Shown one piece after another: positions 1 through 9,434 of a stretch of 54,470 nt of DNA. Numbering within the stretch: position 1 is the stretch's first letter; each line of letters starts with the position of its first letter. Both the position numbers and the translations under genes were made by a program. Location: NCBI GenBank assembly GCA_964388535.1, contig CAYMBA010000002.1, positions 1-54,470 on the forward strand, in the 5' to 3' direction. The notes below the pieces were generated by a model. That model worked only from the letters and a program-made list of their open reading frames with translations. It did no database searches and was not told the DNA's origin. This stretch comes from an uncultured bacterium (GTDB taxonomy: Bacteria > Eisenbacteria > RBG-16-71-46 > CAIMUX01 > WJJG01).

Positions 1-209
1 CCCTTGATCGCATTGGGCTTCATTGTCACTTGCCAACTCGCCCCGCCTCACAGCCTCCGATGGGGTTCGTGTCCCTCAGGTCACAGGTTTGCCTCCGGCT
101 TCCTTCAGACCCCGCCTCACGACGACGCCCTTGCCTTCAGCTAACGGTTGGTGCGATCAACCTCCGTAAGGGTCTTTCACCCTCTAGCCAACGCCCATGC
201 CGGGCGCAC
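1..209 (-). mobile_element. Group II intron (class C-like), 5' end / domain I; the intron continues past the left window edge
   Basis: The reverse complement of 209->1 begins GTGCGCCCGGCATGGGCG, matching the GUGYG 5' splice consensus. It continues with TAGAGGGTGAAAGACCC, GCAAGGGCGTC, TCTGAAGGAAGCCGGAGGCAAACC and TGAGGGACACGAAC. From memory these blocks parallel domain I of bacterial IIC introns such as the Oceanobacillus iheyensis intron. All protein frames here are R/P/S-rich nonsense. Confidence 0.8.
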
Positions 210-247
210 AAGAAAGGCTCCGAGCGTGAGGAGACACGCCCGGAGCC
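210..247 (-). terminator. Intrinsic-terminator-like hairpin immediately 5' of the intron insertion point
   Basis: GGCTCCGAGCGTG (216-228) pairs with CACGCCCGGAGCC (235-247): 12 bp with 1 mismatch and a 6-nt loop. On the minus strand the hairpin is followed by TTTCTTGT and then the intron's first G. Confidence 0.55.
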
Positions 248-281
248 AGCCGTCTTATGGGCAGCGTACCAATGTGGAGAT

Positions 282-642
282 TCGGCTCGCCTTCTTATGT
301 TGCGCCAGGTCAGACCAATGCGCAGTCAAAGGAAGCGGGGGGGCGCGGCGCGCCTCGGGCCTGGCTATGTGCGGCGGATCGTGGTCGAGCTCGCAGCCAG
401 GGCCGACTACGGTCCTGAGCGGCGCCAGTTCGTCTCAACGCGTGCCTTCCGGCACTGGCACGCGCAGCGCCTCATCGACCCGGGGGCGTCGATCCATCAG
501 GTGCACGCGGTGCTGGGGCACACCCGGGCGCAGACGACCAAGGATGTCTGCGCGCCTGAACCTAGCGTGGCAAAGACACTGGATCCCGCGTGCAACCTGC
601 GCGGACCAAGCTATCTCCTTCGCAGCTTCGCTTGTTTGGTAG
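282..642 (+). pseudogene. Tyrosine recombinase (phage-integrase family) C-terminal remnant
   Basis: Frame 3 reads RAFRHWHAQRLIDPGASIHQVHAVLGHTRAQTTKDV, i.e. the HxxRH and LGH boxes. A Cys (TGC 549-551) sits where the catalytic Tyr is expected. The expected continuation RLNLAWQ.. is in another frame. No N-terminal two-thirds is present, because the intron and hairpin lie upstream. Confidence 0.55.
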
Positions 643-3600
643 ACAAGGAAATCCGCTTCTGTTCAAGGTCCACTTTGAGGATCACCACATCAACCTCATC
701 ACCTTTGCTCAACACCTCGCCTATGTCCATCTCGCTCTCATGGACGAGTCCGCTGATACCCTTCCCTAGATCTACGAACGCGCCGAACCGTACAACGTTG
801 GTGACTCTTCCTTGTACTAGATCGCCTTCCTTGTACTTCACAAAGGGTTCATTCTTGGGCACTGCGGGCATACTCAATGCAATCTCTCTCTGCTCCAAAT
901 CCACATCCATTAGCTGTACAACGATCTCATCACCTACTTCTACAGCGTAGCCCCACATCTGGCTCTCATGGAGCAGGCCGGTTATCTGAGGTTCAAGGTC
1001 AACAAACGCCCCATAATTGACAACGTTAGTAACAATACCCTCGCAAACATCTCCTGCTGAGTAGTTTCCGTAATCTGGTCTATCCTCAGGCAACTTCATG
1101 CTGAGTCCAATCTCCTGCTTTTCTGGGTCGACCTTGATCACGACGACTTCAATGGTGTCCCCTACACTGACGACATCTTCGGGATTATCCACCCTGCTCC
1201 AGCTCATTTCACTCTTATGAACAAGCCCTTCAATTCCGGGCATGATCTCGACAAACGCCCCAAAGGGCACAGATCTACGAACCTTTGCGTCTGTAATACG
1301 CGTCCCCACTGGTGGAACTCGCTCATCCCAGGTGGTGTCAACCATTGCTGCTAAGAAGGTATTAGATAGACGGTAAAGATCGTCTATCGCACGGTGATAT
1401 TCTTTGTCCTCTGAGGGCAATTTGAGTTCATTACGCAACTCATACGACATTCGTCCGGAGAAATGAAGTTTTCCGTTTTCCCAAGAAAGCTGTGCGAAGT
1501 TGCGTTGTTTTCCGATCAGAGCCTCAATCTCCTCCGGTAGCCTCGCGCATGAGACGTAAGATGGACCGCGCTTAAACTCCAGCTTCAGGTCGCATATCTC
1601 TCCAATGAAATAATCATCTGGGGGTCTAATGAGACCGCTCCCGGCCACGCTCGCAACATGGACAATGCCTCGATCGGGCTCGTTCCATTCAAGAGTGAGA
1701 TAGACTCTTCCGCGAGAAATCTCACGAACCGTCCCCTTGGCCCTGAGTACACCTTGCTTTCCCTGTTGTCGCATAAGGACGTCGTTCAAATGAGCTTCAA
1801 CGACCGGAAGAATCGAAAGCCGCACCTTTCTTCGTTCCTTGTCGACATTCTCGACTATGGCCTGCAATTCAGCTCCAACTGGGATCTCCCTGACTGCGTA
1901 ACCCCGACCCGAGAAGCTGACCTGGTCTGCGCCGAGTAGCACCTCCGTCCCTGTTTCTGGATCATGGGTCACCAGGGTTACCTGATAATCGCCGGGCCTT
2001 GAGTCGTAGCCTGTCACCACCAGCGACACCGTGTCCCCAATTTGAGGGTTACGCTCAAGAAAAACGTCAATTGATTCTTTCTCGGGCACAGGCGCCAGCA
2101 ACACATGTGGGGAATCAAAGTCGATTACTTCTGCTTCGACAACGTCACCTACTTGGTAGACTAGCTTGGTGTTTGTTAGGAAGCAGGGAGGCTTTGGGCC
2201 AACGACCTCCACGGGCCTGCTCAGGTGAGACGGATCGTTCATCCGTCGGGTGGGCTCCCTTCCGTCATGACCTGTCGCATCAGTTTCAGCATTTTCGACA
2301 GCTTCATAGGTGTCATCGGCCAGAACGACCCACGCGGGTACCGGATCTTCCTCGGGGTTCTCGACGGGAGGCTGCATGTATGCCAGTATAGTATCCGCGA
2401 GATCGCTATCGCCGGCCTCGGCAGCGTCGAGGTCGTATTCAACATCCCCGTCGTCAGGCTCTACCCCAACATAGCCCTCCAGGATTTTGGGAAGTTCTGA
2501 TAGACGCAAGGTTGGTTCGACGGAGATCCGGCCGTCTGACAAGAGATCGACTACTCGGCACTGATAGCGACTTCCAATGGAGAACCTCTGATCTAGGAAC
2601 AACCGATCGTAAGCGTCCCTTTTGAGTAGCTTGCCCGTCTTATCGTTTCGAGTTTGCTTGGCGATGAATCTTCCCAGCTCGACTTGCGAGCGTTTGGTGC
2701 GCCCATCCTCCTCTAGCCATTCAATCCACTCCGGTTGCAGTATTGACAAGTAGCTAACATGGATAACGGGCTCTGGCGGGGCGCTCGGAGACAGACGGTG
2801 GGTGATGACCTGTTGCTTGCAACTCACAAACGCGTCAACGCGCTTGCCGTACAGAACGGAGTCCAGGTTGATCTGAAGTGGCATCTTGGTTTGCTGCTCA
2901 AGCGCCTCACCAGCCAAGCCTAGGCCACGCAGTCCATAGATACAGCTCTCATCAGGCAGATCGCTCACGCTATTGGCGTCACTACTGGGACTGGGGCCAT
3001 TGCAGATTTGCTCTGGGAGGCAGTAGGCAATGAGGATCCGCACACGATCAAGCAATGCGAAGTCAATCGGTCGTATCTCATCATCCTTCTTGTGGCCAGA
3101 GAGTTCCTCTAGGAGCTTGCGCCTTACTGGCTTGACCTTGTCCTTGAAGACGGAGTGGCTAATGTAGTATGCCTTTGCCCAAGCCTCCTGCGCTGCACAA
3201 ACTATCGCGGTCTCCGCTTCTGCTAACCAGTCCCCGGCTACTTCAGCAAGCCCGAACTCCTTCGTGGTGCTCTCAATGTCATCATAGTTGTCGGCGTTCT
3301 CGATCTGGAGTCTGAACTCGGCGAGGGTTTCCTCGTCGACGGCTTCGCCTATCTTATCCATGAGGCGAGCAGCATACTTCTGAACCCACATTTCCCGGAA
3401 TGCCCAGTCGGGATCGATGGGTTGACCATCGTATTGCACCTCAGACCATGCGGTGTATAGCTTGAGGCAGAACTCGAGGTCATCTTGGCAGCCCTGCATC
3501 ATCGCGGCATGGATACGCCCAACGGCTCTCCGCGTTTCGGGGTCCCAGTTCCTGTCCCAACGCAGGAAGCGACGTAGCCCTCCCTGCTTGAGCATTGAGA

Positions 3601-5380
3601 GCAAGGTCGCCATCTCAACTGCACAGGAAAACCGATCAGCAGCAACCATCAAGTTTGCCAATGTTGGCTCATCGGCGAAACGTTGCAACTCGAGACCGAG
3701 TTCTGTCAGATCTCCCTCCTCGTCTAGTGCGCCCTTCTTCTTGAGTATCTCGGGGGCGCGCTCAAGCTCCTCCTCCGGAGGTTTTTGGATCCAGTCAAAT
3801 CCTGCCACGTCATCGATGCCAGCTGCCTTGGCTGTCAAGACAACCTGCTCAAGTCGAGATCGTTGGATTTGCGGGACAGGATACTCGGGGAAGAGACCGT
3901 TGAACTGCTCCTTCGTGTAAAGGCAGTACGCTTCACCATCCATAACCCGGCCAGCCCGCCCCCACCGCTGCCTGCACCCCGCCTGACTCTGCAGGACGGG
4001 GACAACTTGCTTGGTCTGGCTCTTTGGATCCCATTGGTCCTGGTTTATCAGGCCACTATCAACAACGTAGACAATGTCCTCGACGGTAAGCGAGGTCTCT
4101 GCAACGTTTGTGGTAATGACGACACGCCTCATCGACGGATCCGGCTTCTTCAGAAGGGCTTTGTTCTGCTCCTTCTGAGGCAACTTTGTATAAAGGGGGC
4201 AGACGTATACATTGCCCGCGAGCGTTTCGTCTCTTGCCACCTCATTGCGAACAAGAGCTACCGCGGTTTCTATGGGCCTTTCACCATGGAGGAAGGCAAG
4301 AATATCTCCCGGGTTCTTGTTGCCTCTTGCTATCCCATGCAGGAGCCAAATTACTACCTCGGCCACCGCTGTCGCGGCGATATTCCTCATCCTTGGCATG
4401 TCCTCGAACGGATAGGGACGTTGCCCTCCCTCTGAGAGGGAATACTCGTTATCAGTAGGTGGGCCTGACCGCGTGTCATGCAAGTAGAACTCCCGCACCG
4501 TGTAATTCTGCTTCCCTTGCAGCCTGATGTGTCCGGTACGATCACGACCGAAATAGTCAAGGAATAGACCGGCATCAATGGTCGCGCTTGCGATGATCAG
4601 TTTCAGATGGGGATAGCGCGGCAGATGCCTTTTTAGCAACCCCAGAATTAGGTCAATATTGAGACTTCGTTCATGTGCCTCGTCAATCATGATGACACTC
4701 AAATTGCCAATCATGCCGTTCACGATCCAGTTGATTAGCGTGCCATCGGTGACGTAAACTAACTTGTTGCGCCAGTCCGAATAGGGATTATTGCTGTGCC
4801 GGAATCCGATATCGAAACCGGATCCCAAACTTGAACCGTAGAGCTTCTCAGCAACATAAGCGGGAATATTCCGTGTGGCCTGAATTCGTGGCTGCGTCAC
4901 GATAATCTGGCCATGACGTGTGAAAAGATCATCCGGAATACCTTTGGGTAGCTCGGGTGGCATGATCAGCCGAAAGGGCAGAACAGTGGATTTCCCTGAT
5001 CCTGTCGGTCCTTCTACTACAGCAACCTGATGCGCAGGATTGTTGAACCACTCATATAGCCTCCTGACGTCCTCGTCGGTAATCCCGTAATCCTCGGGGT
5101 CGAAACTGGACGGCACATCATGGACATGATGCTCGCGCCGCTCGTGAGATACGGCTCCCAGCCCACCATATCTGATCTGCGTTGTATTAGCTGAAGCAGA
5201 AGGTCTAAGATCAAAGTAGGCAAGCCCCATGGTCTGAGTCTGGCGATTGTGAATCTTCCGACATTCCGCACATCGTTCGGGCCTGGAATGACCACGCGCC
5301 GCGCCCTCTTGGTATGACGAGTCCGAATAGCCGAACTCTTCATTGCAATCCTTGCACCTGACTCTCCATTCCTTCGCCAT
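611..5380 (-). CDS. Large DEAH-box (HrpA/DHX-like) helicase with an N-terminal zinc ribbon and C-terminal S1/OB repeats
   Basis: N-terminus has CKDCN..(x)..CAECRK (CxxC...CxxC). Walker A is GPTGSGKST and motif II is IMIDEAHERS. The C-terminus holds three canonical S1 units (FGAFVEIMPGIEGLVHKSEM, YGAFVDLEPQITGLLHESQM, FGAFVDLGKGISGLVHESEM), preceded by several degenerate OB-like units. Confidence 0.9.
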   Translation of the reverse strand: MAKEWRVRCKDCNEEFGYSDSSYQEGAARGHSRPERCAECRKIHNRQTQTMGLAYFDLRPSASANTTQIRYGGLGAVSHERREHHVHDVPSSFDPEDYGITDEDVRRLYEWFNNPAHQVAVVEGPTGSGKSTVLPFRLIMPPELPKGIPDDLFTRHGQIIVTQPRIQATRNIPAYVAEKLYGSSLGSGFDIGFRHSNNPYSDWRNKLVYVTDGTLINWIVNGMIGNLSVIMIDEAHERSLNIDLILGLLKRHLPRYPHLKLIIASATIDAGLFLDYFGRDRTGHIRLQGKQNYTVREFYLHDTRSGPPTDNEYSLSEGGQRPYPFEDMPRMRNIAATAVAEVVIWLLHGIARGNKNPGDILAFLHGERPIETAVALVRNEVARDETLAGNVYVCPLYTKLPQKEQNKALLKKPDPSMRRVVITTNVAETSLTVEDIVYVVDSGLINQDQWDPKSQTKQVVPVLQSQAGCRQRWGRAGRVMDGEAYCLYTKEQFNGLFPEYPVPQIQRSRLEQVVLTAKAAGIDDVAGFDWIQKPPEEELERAPEILKKKGALDEEGDLTELGLELQRFADEPTLANLMVAADRFSCAVEMATLLSMLKQGGLRRFLRWDRNWDPETRRAVGRIHAAMMQGCQDDLEFCLKLYTAWSEVQYDGQPIDPDWAFREMWVQKYAARLMDKIGEAVDEETLAEFRLQIENADNYDDIESTTKEFGLAEVAGDWLAEAETAIVCAAQEAWAKAYYISHSVFKDKVKPVRRKLLEELSGHKKDDEIRPIDFALLDRVRILIAYCLPEQICNGPSPSSDANSVSDLPDESCIYGLRGLGLAGEALEQQTKMPLQINLDSVLYGKRVDAFVSCKQQVITHRLSPSAPPEPVIHVSYLSILQPEWIEWLEEDGRTKRSQVELGRFIAKQTRNDKTGKLLKRDAYDRLFLDQRFSIGSRYQCRVVDLLSDGRISVEPTLRLSELPKILEGYVGVEPDDGDVEYDLDAAEAGDSDLADTILAYMQPPVENPEEDPVPAWVVLADDTYEAVENAETDATGHDGREPTRRMNDPSHLSRPVEVVGPKPPCFLTNTKLVYQVGDVVEAEVIDFDSPHVLLAPVPEKESIDVFLERNPQIGDTVSLVVTGYDSRPGDYQVTLVTHDPETGTEVLLGADQVSFSGRGYAVREIPVGAELQAIVENVDKERRKVRLSILPVVEAHLNDVLMRQQGKQGVLRAKGTVREISRGRVYLTLEWNEPDRGIVHVASVAGSGLIRPPDDYFIGEICDLKLEFKRGPSYVSCARLPEEIEALIGKQRNFAQLSWENGKLHFSGRMSYELRNELKLPSEDKEYHRAIDDLYRLSNTFLAAMVDTTWDERVPPVGTRITDAKVRRSVPFGAFVEIMPGIEGLVHKSEMSWSRVDNPEDVVSVGDTIEVVVIKVDPEKQEIGLSMKLPEDRPDYGNYSAGDVCEGIVTNVVNYGAFVDLEPQITGLLHESQMWGYAVEVGDEIVVQLMDVDLEQREIALSMPAVPKNEPFVKYKEGDLVQGRVTNVVRFGAFVDLGKGISGLVHESEMDIGEVLSKGDEVDVVILKVDLEQKRISLSTKQAKLRRR

Positions 5381-5399
5381 TGATATCTACCCATAGGAT

Positions 5400-6641
5400 T
5401 CAGTGCCAGGGCTTTCCTGGTCTGTATCCGCCTCTCCTAGTGAAGTAGTATGGGACGACTTCTATTGACGGGGGGCTGTCCGCGCGCCGGATGAGCTCAT
5501 CAACAACAGCTCGATAAAACCCAATCACCGCTGGTTGGAATCCTGTGTGATACAAGAACAATCTTAGGCCGCCCAGCTCTCGCGTCTCTTCCAATTGAGT
5601 TCGGGTCTGCGCATAACAAAACTCATCTGATTCTCCGAGAGTTCGCGTTCTTGAAGCTTCGCGGTTCCGGAACCATGCCATATCGACATCGCGATCCATT
5701 TCTAGGTGCCGCATGCTCATTAATGCCACGCGAAGCGGCATCGTTTCGCGCAGGCTTGTTAAATCGCGCTCAGCGCGCCCTGGCACACAGCGCAAGGGGA
5801 AAGGTCTTCCTTCCGACCCGTCAGTGTATACAACCCGTATGTACAGCGGCGCGATGGTATCTTCGGTGTCTTTATAGATGAATTCACGCAGGACCTCGGT
5901 AATGACATTATGCGGCTGGTTGCTGAAATTCACCGCCGTGAGACGGCCCTCGCGCGACGCCTCAATTGCTTGCTGAACTTGGCTCCGAAGAATGTCGCGA
6001 AGATCTTGTCCCTCGTTATCAAGAAGCTCCTCAGAGTCGGGTTCCACCGTGATCGGGGGGGGGCCAAGTTGTACAGGCACATCCGCTTCACAGGTTGGAG
6101 GATCGGTGTCATCACTAAACATGAACGCATCTCGGATTTCTACAACGCCACAGCCAGAATCACTTGCTAGCTTGAAGAAAGCTAGACGCCTTTGGACATT
6201 GCTGTTCCCCGAACAATGCGCCTCCGCCGCAAGACGCTCGAACGTACTGATATGAGTGTCGATCTCGTCAGGTGTGAAGAATGATTCCCCGACCCGTCCG
6301 GGGCGGTCACTGACGGTTGTCATCGCCGCCAGGACATCCAAGTATCCCGCATCTAGTGCGCTGGCAGGGACCCGGCCCATTTCTAGTGCTGCCATGAATT
6401 CGTCGGCAGCGGATACCGACACCAGAGTTTCTGAGGTTATCGCTGCCTCAATGCGCGCGCAGCACAGATTGTAGTGCGCGCGCTCGTTCTCGGCGTTCAC
6501 ACCCTTCCTAATTCTGCGCTCGATTCCTAGCGCATCGACCACAAAGGGGTGGATACTGATCTTTGCCCCACCCCACTCTACTTCATCCTGCTCCCAAGCT
6601 GCCCGCGGCAGAGCGCAAAGGTAGAACCTTGGCACAATCAT
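5400..6641 (-). CDS. Hypothetical protein (413 aa), no recognisable motif
   Basis: Long ORF in the same orientation as its neighbours. It lies 19 nt upstream of the helicase start and shares a 4-nt overlap with the upstream gene. No motif recognised by eye. Confidence 0.7.
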   Translation of the reverse strand: MIVPRFYLCALPRAAWEQDEVEWGGAKISIHPFVVDALGIERRIRKGVNAENERAHYNLCCARIEAAITSETLVSVSAADEFMAALEMGRVPASALDAGYLDVLAAMTTVSDRPGRVGESFFTPDEIDTHISTFERLAAEAHCSGNSNVQRRLAFFKLASDSGCGVVEIRDAFMFSDDTDPPTCEADVPVQLGPPPITVEPDSEELLDNEGQDLRDILRSQVQQAIEASREGRLTAVNFSNQPHNVITEVLREFIYKDTEDTIAPLYIRVVYTDGSEGRPFPLRCVPGRAERDLTSLRETMPLRVALMSMRHLEMDRDVDMAWFRNREASRTRTLGESDEFCYAQTRTQLEETRELGGLRLFLYHTGFQPAVIGFYRAVVDELIRRADSPPSIEVVPYYFTRRGGYRPGKPWH

Positions 6642-8248
6642 TGACGCATTATCCTGCTTCTGCTGAGTCGCTTGGATGCCTCAATGTCTAGTGAGAACAC
6701 AGTTTCAGGACAAGCGAGAATGCCGACACCGCTGGCGCGGGCAGTCTTGCTTAGCCGTTCCCGATCTTGGACCGGGATTTGATCAAAGTCACGGGGAACA
6801 AGAATGAAGATCTTGTCGCCGGATGCTTCCCGCTGTGCGAGGTCTGCAAGACCAGCTGCAATCTCAAGATCGTCGTGAAGATGCATCCTGAGATCGCTCA
6901 ATTCTCTCGCCCGGATCAATACATAAGCCCTGCTTCCCGGAGTTACGGCCTGGCTAACATGCTCACCGTTCACAAGCCAAGGGATTGGTAGTTCCTCATC
7001 ACACTGATAGATCTTCGCATAATAGGTTTCATCAAACTCGACGTCTAGGCGCCTGACGTCGTCCTCGAGATCGACCGCGGTCTCACCCTCTATCCGTTCA
7101 CGCCTTGCCAGCTTGCGGTCCAGATATCCCCCCATGATGGCCGAGCGGGCATGTGCAACATCATGCATGTAGACGTGACGGTTCTCAGGAACGGCCTCAC
7201 CCCCAAGCGTGCTGTTCGGCCGCCAGCTGCCGAGGATTATTGTCTCAAGCTCTGAATGAGACCAGATGCCGTGATTTACCACGTAACAAGCACGTTCTTG
7301 CGAAAGTACTCCCCGCTCCGACATAGTTATTATGCGCCTGCGAAGACCATCCGGAAACTCTGCAAGCGCCATGAAGAGTTGTCGCGCCTCAGATGGAGTA
7401 ATACGCCCTTCGTTTGCATGACTCAAATCAACTCCCCTTTCGCGAGCGAATTCGCGTAGCGCCGCAGGCACTCTCTTTCCTTCCACATTCTCGGTAAACC
7501 GAATCTCCATGGTGCCCCCGCACTTATAAGCCTCAGACAGGAGAAATGCGCTCGTCATCTTGGCGCCGCTCCCCGGCTCATAATCAGGAACATTCGCTAT
7601 GAGACATACGTCAACTTCAAGGCAGTTATTCACTAGGGAGTGTCGGACCACAACGAGGCCGAGGACGATGTCTTGGACACAGAACCTATATGGACGCCAA
7701 ATGTGGTTTCGGGGGAGCTTTCCTCCGTTGATGTATTCTTCTTCAAACCTCCTCACATGTCCTTCCATTACCCTCAAGCCGTTCCATACTGACAGCTTTC
7801 CATAGAGGTATTCAGCTATATCGGAGCTTATTGGTTCTAGGGCTTGCTCTGCTAGAGGCCTTCCCAGGCTCCAGAGCACCACAGGCGCCGTCGCCGCATC
7901 CGACCCCGCTTCCTGGCATTGAATGCATGCGAGATCTCCTGATGCTTCTAATGGAAAAACCGGGACAAGTTCTACTGGAACATCCGGAGACAAGGCTCGG
8001 AGCCCCGCAAGTGCCCACACTACGGAAGGATCCTTATCCGCGGGAAGGCACAGACCATAGATTGTCTGAGGGCCGATCTTAGCCGCACCGTAGGAGATCA
8101 GGAATTCGCGGTATGAATCGGGGAAACGCAATCCGATTATCCGCTCGACTTCTTCTACTCTCTCCAGCGGCACACCACCGGAGCGGTCCAATTGATCGCC
8201 GAGACCATCTAGCAAACGAAACAGTTTTTCAATTGAAGGGGAGGGCAT
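6638..8248 (-). CDS. SMI1/KNR4 (SUKH-1) domain protein with a large uncharacterised C-terminal region
   Basis: The N-terminus LERVEEVERIIGLRFPDSYREFLISYGAAKIG is typical of the SMI1_KNR4/SUKH fold. The remaining ~380 aa are not recognised. Its stop overlaps the start of 5400-6641. Confidence 0.75.
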   Translation of the reverse strand: MPSPSIEKLFRLLDGLGDQLDRSGGVPLERVEEVERIIGLRFPDSYREFLISYGAAKIGPQTIYGLCLPADKDPSVVWALAGLRALSPDVPVELVPVFPLEASGDLACIQCQEAGSDAATAPVVLWSLGRPLAEQALEPISSDIAEYLYGKLSVWNGLRVMEGHVRRFEEEYINGGKLPRNHIWRPYRFCVQDIVLGLVVVRHSLVNNCLEVDVCLIANVPDYEPGSGAKMTSAFLLSEAYKCGGTMEIRFTENVEGKRVPAALREFARERGVDLSHANEGRITPSEARQLFMALAEFPDGLRRRIITMSERGVLSQERACYVVNHGIWSHSELETIILGSWRPNSTLGGEAVPENRHVYMHDVAHARSAIMGGYLDRKLARRERIEGETAVDLEDDVRRLDVEFDETYYAKIYQCDEELPIPWLVNGEHVSQAVTPGSRAYVLIRARELSDLRMHLHDDLEIAAGLADLAQREASGDKIFILVPRDFDQIPVQDRERLSKTARASGVGILACPETVFSLDIEASKRLSRSRIMRQ

Positions 8249-8327
8249 AGCTTTCCCTTTGGAGACAACGTGCTAGCCGGAGGATCTCCCTGGCCAATTC
8301 ATGAGGGCTGATGAACTCACAAATGGA

Positions 8328-8675
8328 TCACCTTCTTCTCTCGGCGATGCTGAGGGTTATGGCCTCAAATAAAGGTCCAAATGTTTCCGATGCCACATGG
8401 AATACAACGCCAGCGGCAAGTAGACCTGAAACTATAGATGGTCCGCCGTCCCGCACGACTTCGGCAACAGCACTCCGAACCACCTGACTCTGAGACGCAG
8501 TCAGTTGCCTGGGCATCTCGATATGTGCGTCTTGGCGCTGGCGTTCCCCCTCTCTTTCGATCTCTTGGTCTCTAAGGTGTTTGCCCAGTTGCTCGCTGCG
8601 TGAGACGTAGCCAAGGTGGTATGTTACCTGACCCAGATCCTCGGTGGAACAATAGTTTGAGCATGCCATTGTCAA
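8328..8675 (-). CDS. Hypothetical small protein (115 aa)
   Basis: ORF in the lower-G+C block, same strand as neighbours, with a charged middle and hydrophobic C-terminal half. No motif. Confidence 0.4.
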   Translation of the reverse strand: MTMACSNYCSTEDLGQVTYHLGYVSRSEQLGKHLRDQEIEREGERQRQDAHIEMPRQLTASQSQVVRSAVAEVVRDGGPSIVSGLLAAGVVFHVASETFGPLFEAITLSIAERRR

Positions 8676-9434
8676 CCCTCGTGGGACCAGCAGGGAGTAC
8701 CCGAACCCAGATCGTCAACCACCATTTCGTCTATTCGTGAGCGTGAGCTGCATTGTTCAACGATTCTTTGCTGTGGCCAATAACAAGCTGGCCACAATTC
8801 TCCGTGATGCCAGTTCCTTAGAAAGTGAAGAGCTCCGGCCCCGCCACAATAAAGTGGTCGCTTGCGTCAATTAGCACGCCTAGCGCCATCACTTCCCAGA
8901 GACCCCCTCTCGATTCTTCCTTTCAAGCTAAGGACTAAGTCCTGTCCATCATACAATCAAACGATAACGTGCTCAAACGCTCCTTGCCGATGCGTGCATT
9001 TGCCGAAAGTTGGCAGATCGGCCCTGAAGCATCGTGTAGCCCGTTTCCTTCCACTAGGATGGATGAGAACGATAACAAGTGTCATGTCCAAAGAGGAAGG
9101 CGAGCAATCTAGAGACCTGTCGTCTCAACGCTGTGCCGCGCCCTACGCATCTGGGTGCCTTTAGTCCGATCCCATCAAGTGAGATAGATCCACCAGGAAC
9201 GCTGGCCTCTGTCGATCCTTTTGGCCGCTTAGAAGAAGCTCCATCGATAACCGCTGGCCATCTCCAGCGTCGCTGCAAAGCCAGCCACATCTTTGGCCCC
9301 GTGCGCTTGCCGACATCGCACAGCACAAACCGCGTTGCGAGCTGTCGCTACAGGAATTCCACTCCAGCGGCACCACCCTTTGCTCAAGTGCCCCCAAGTC
9401 ATGGCGAAGCCCCAAACATAGACGATGTCCCGCC

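Noticed and set aside
57-80. tRNA-like T-arm GGGGTTCGTGTCCC, suggesting a tRNA att site
   Set aside because: There is no acceptor stem, D-arm or anticodon arm around it. The segment is part of the conserved intron domain I block (..GGGACACGAAC.. on the other strand).
30-950. 306-aa plus-strand ORF at the left edge
   Set aside because: It is a composite. Its first third is the antisense of group II intron RNA (R/P/S-rich). Its middle is the integrase remnant. Its last third is antisense to the S1 repeats of the helicase gene. It is not a real gene.
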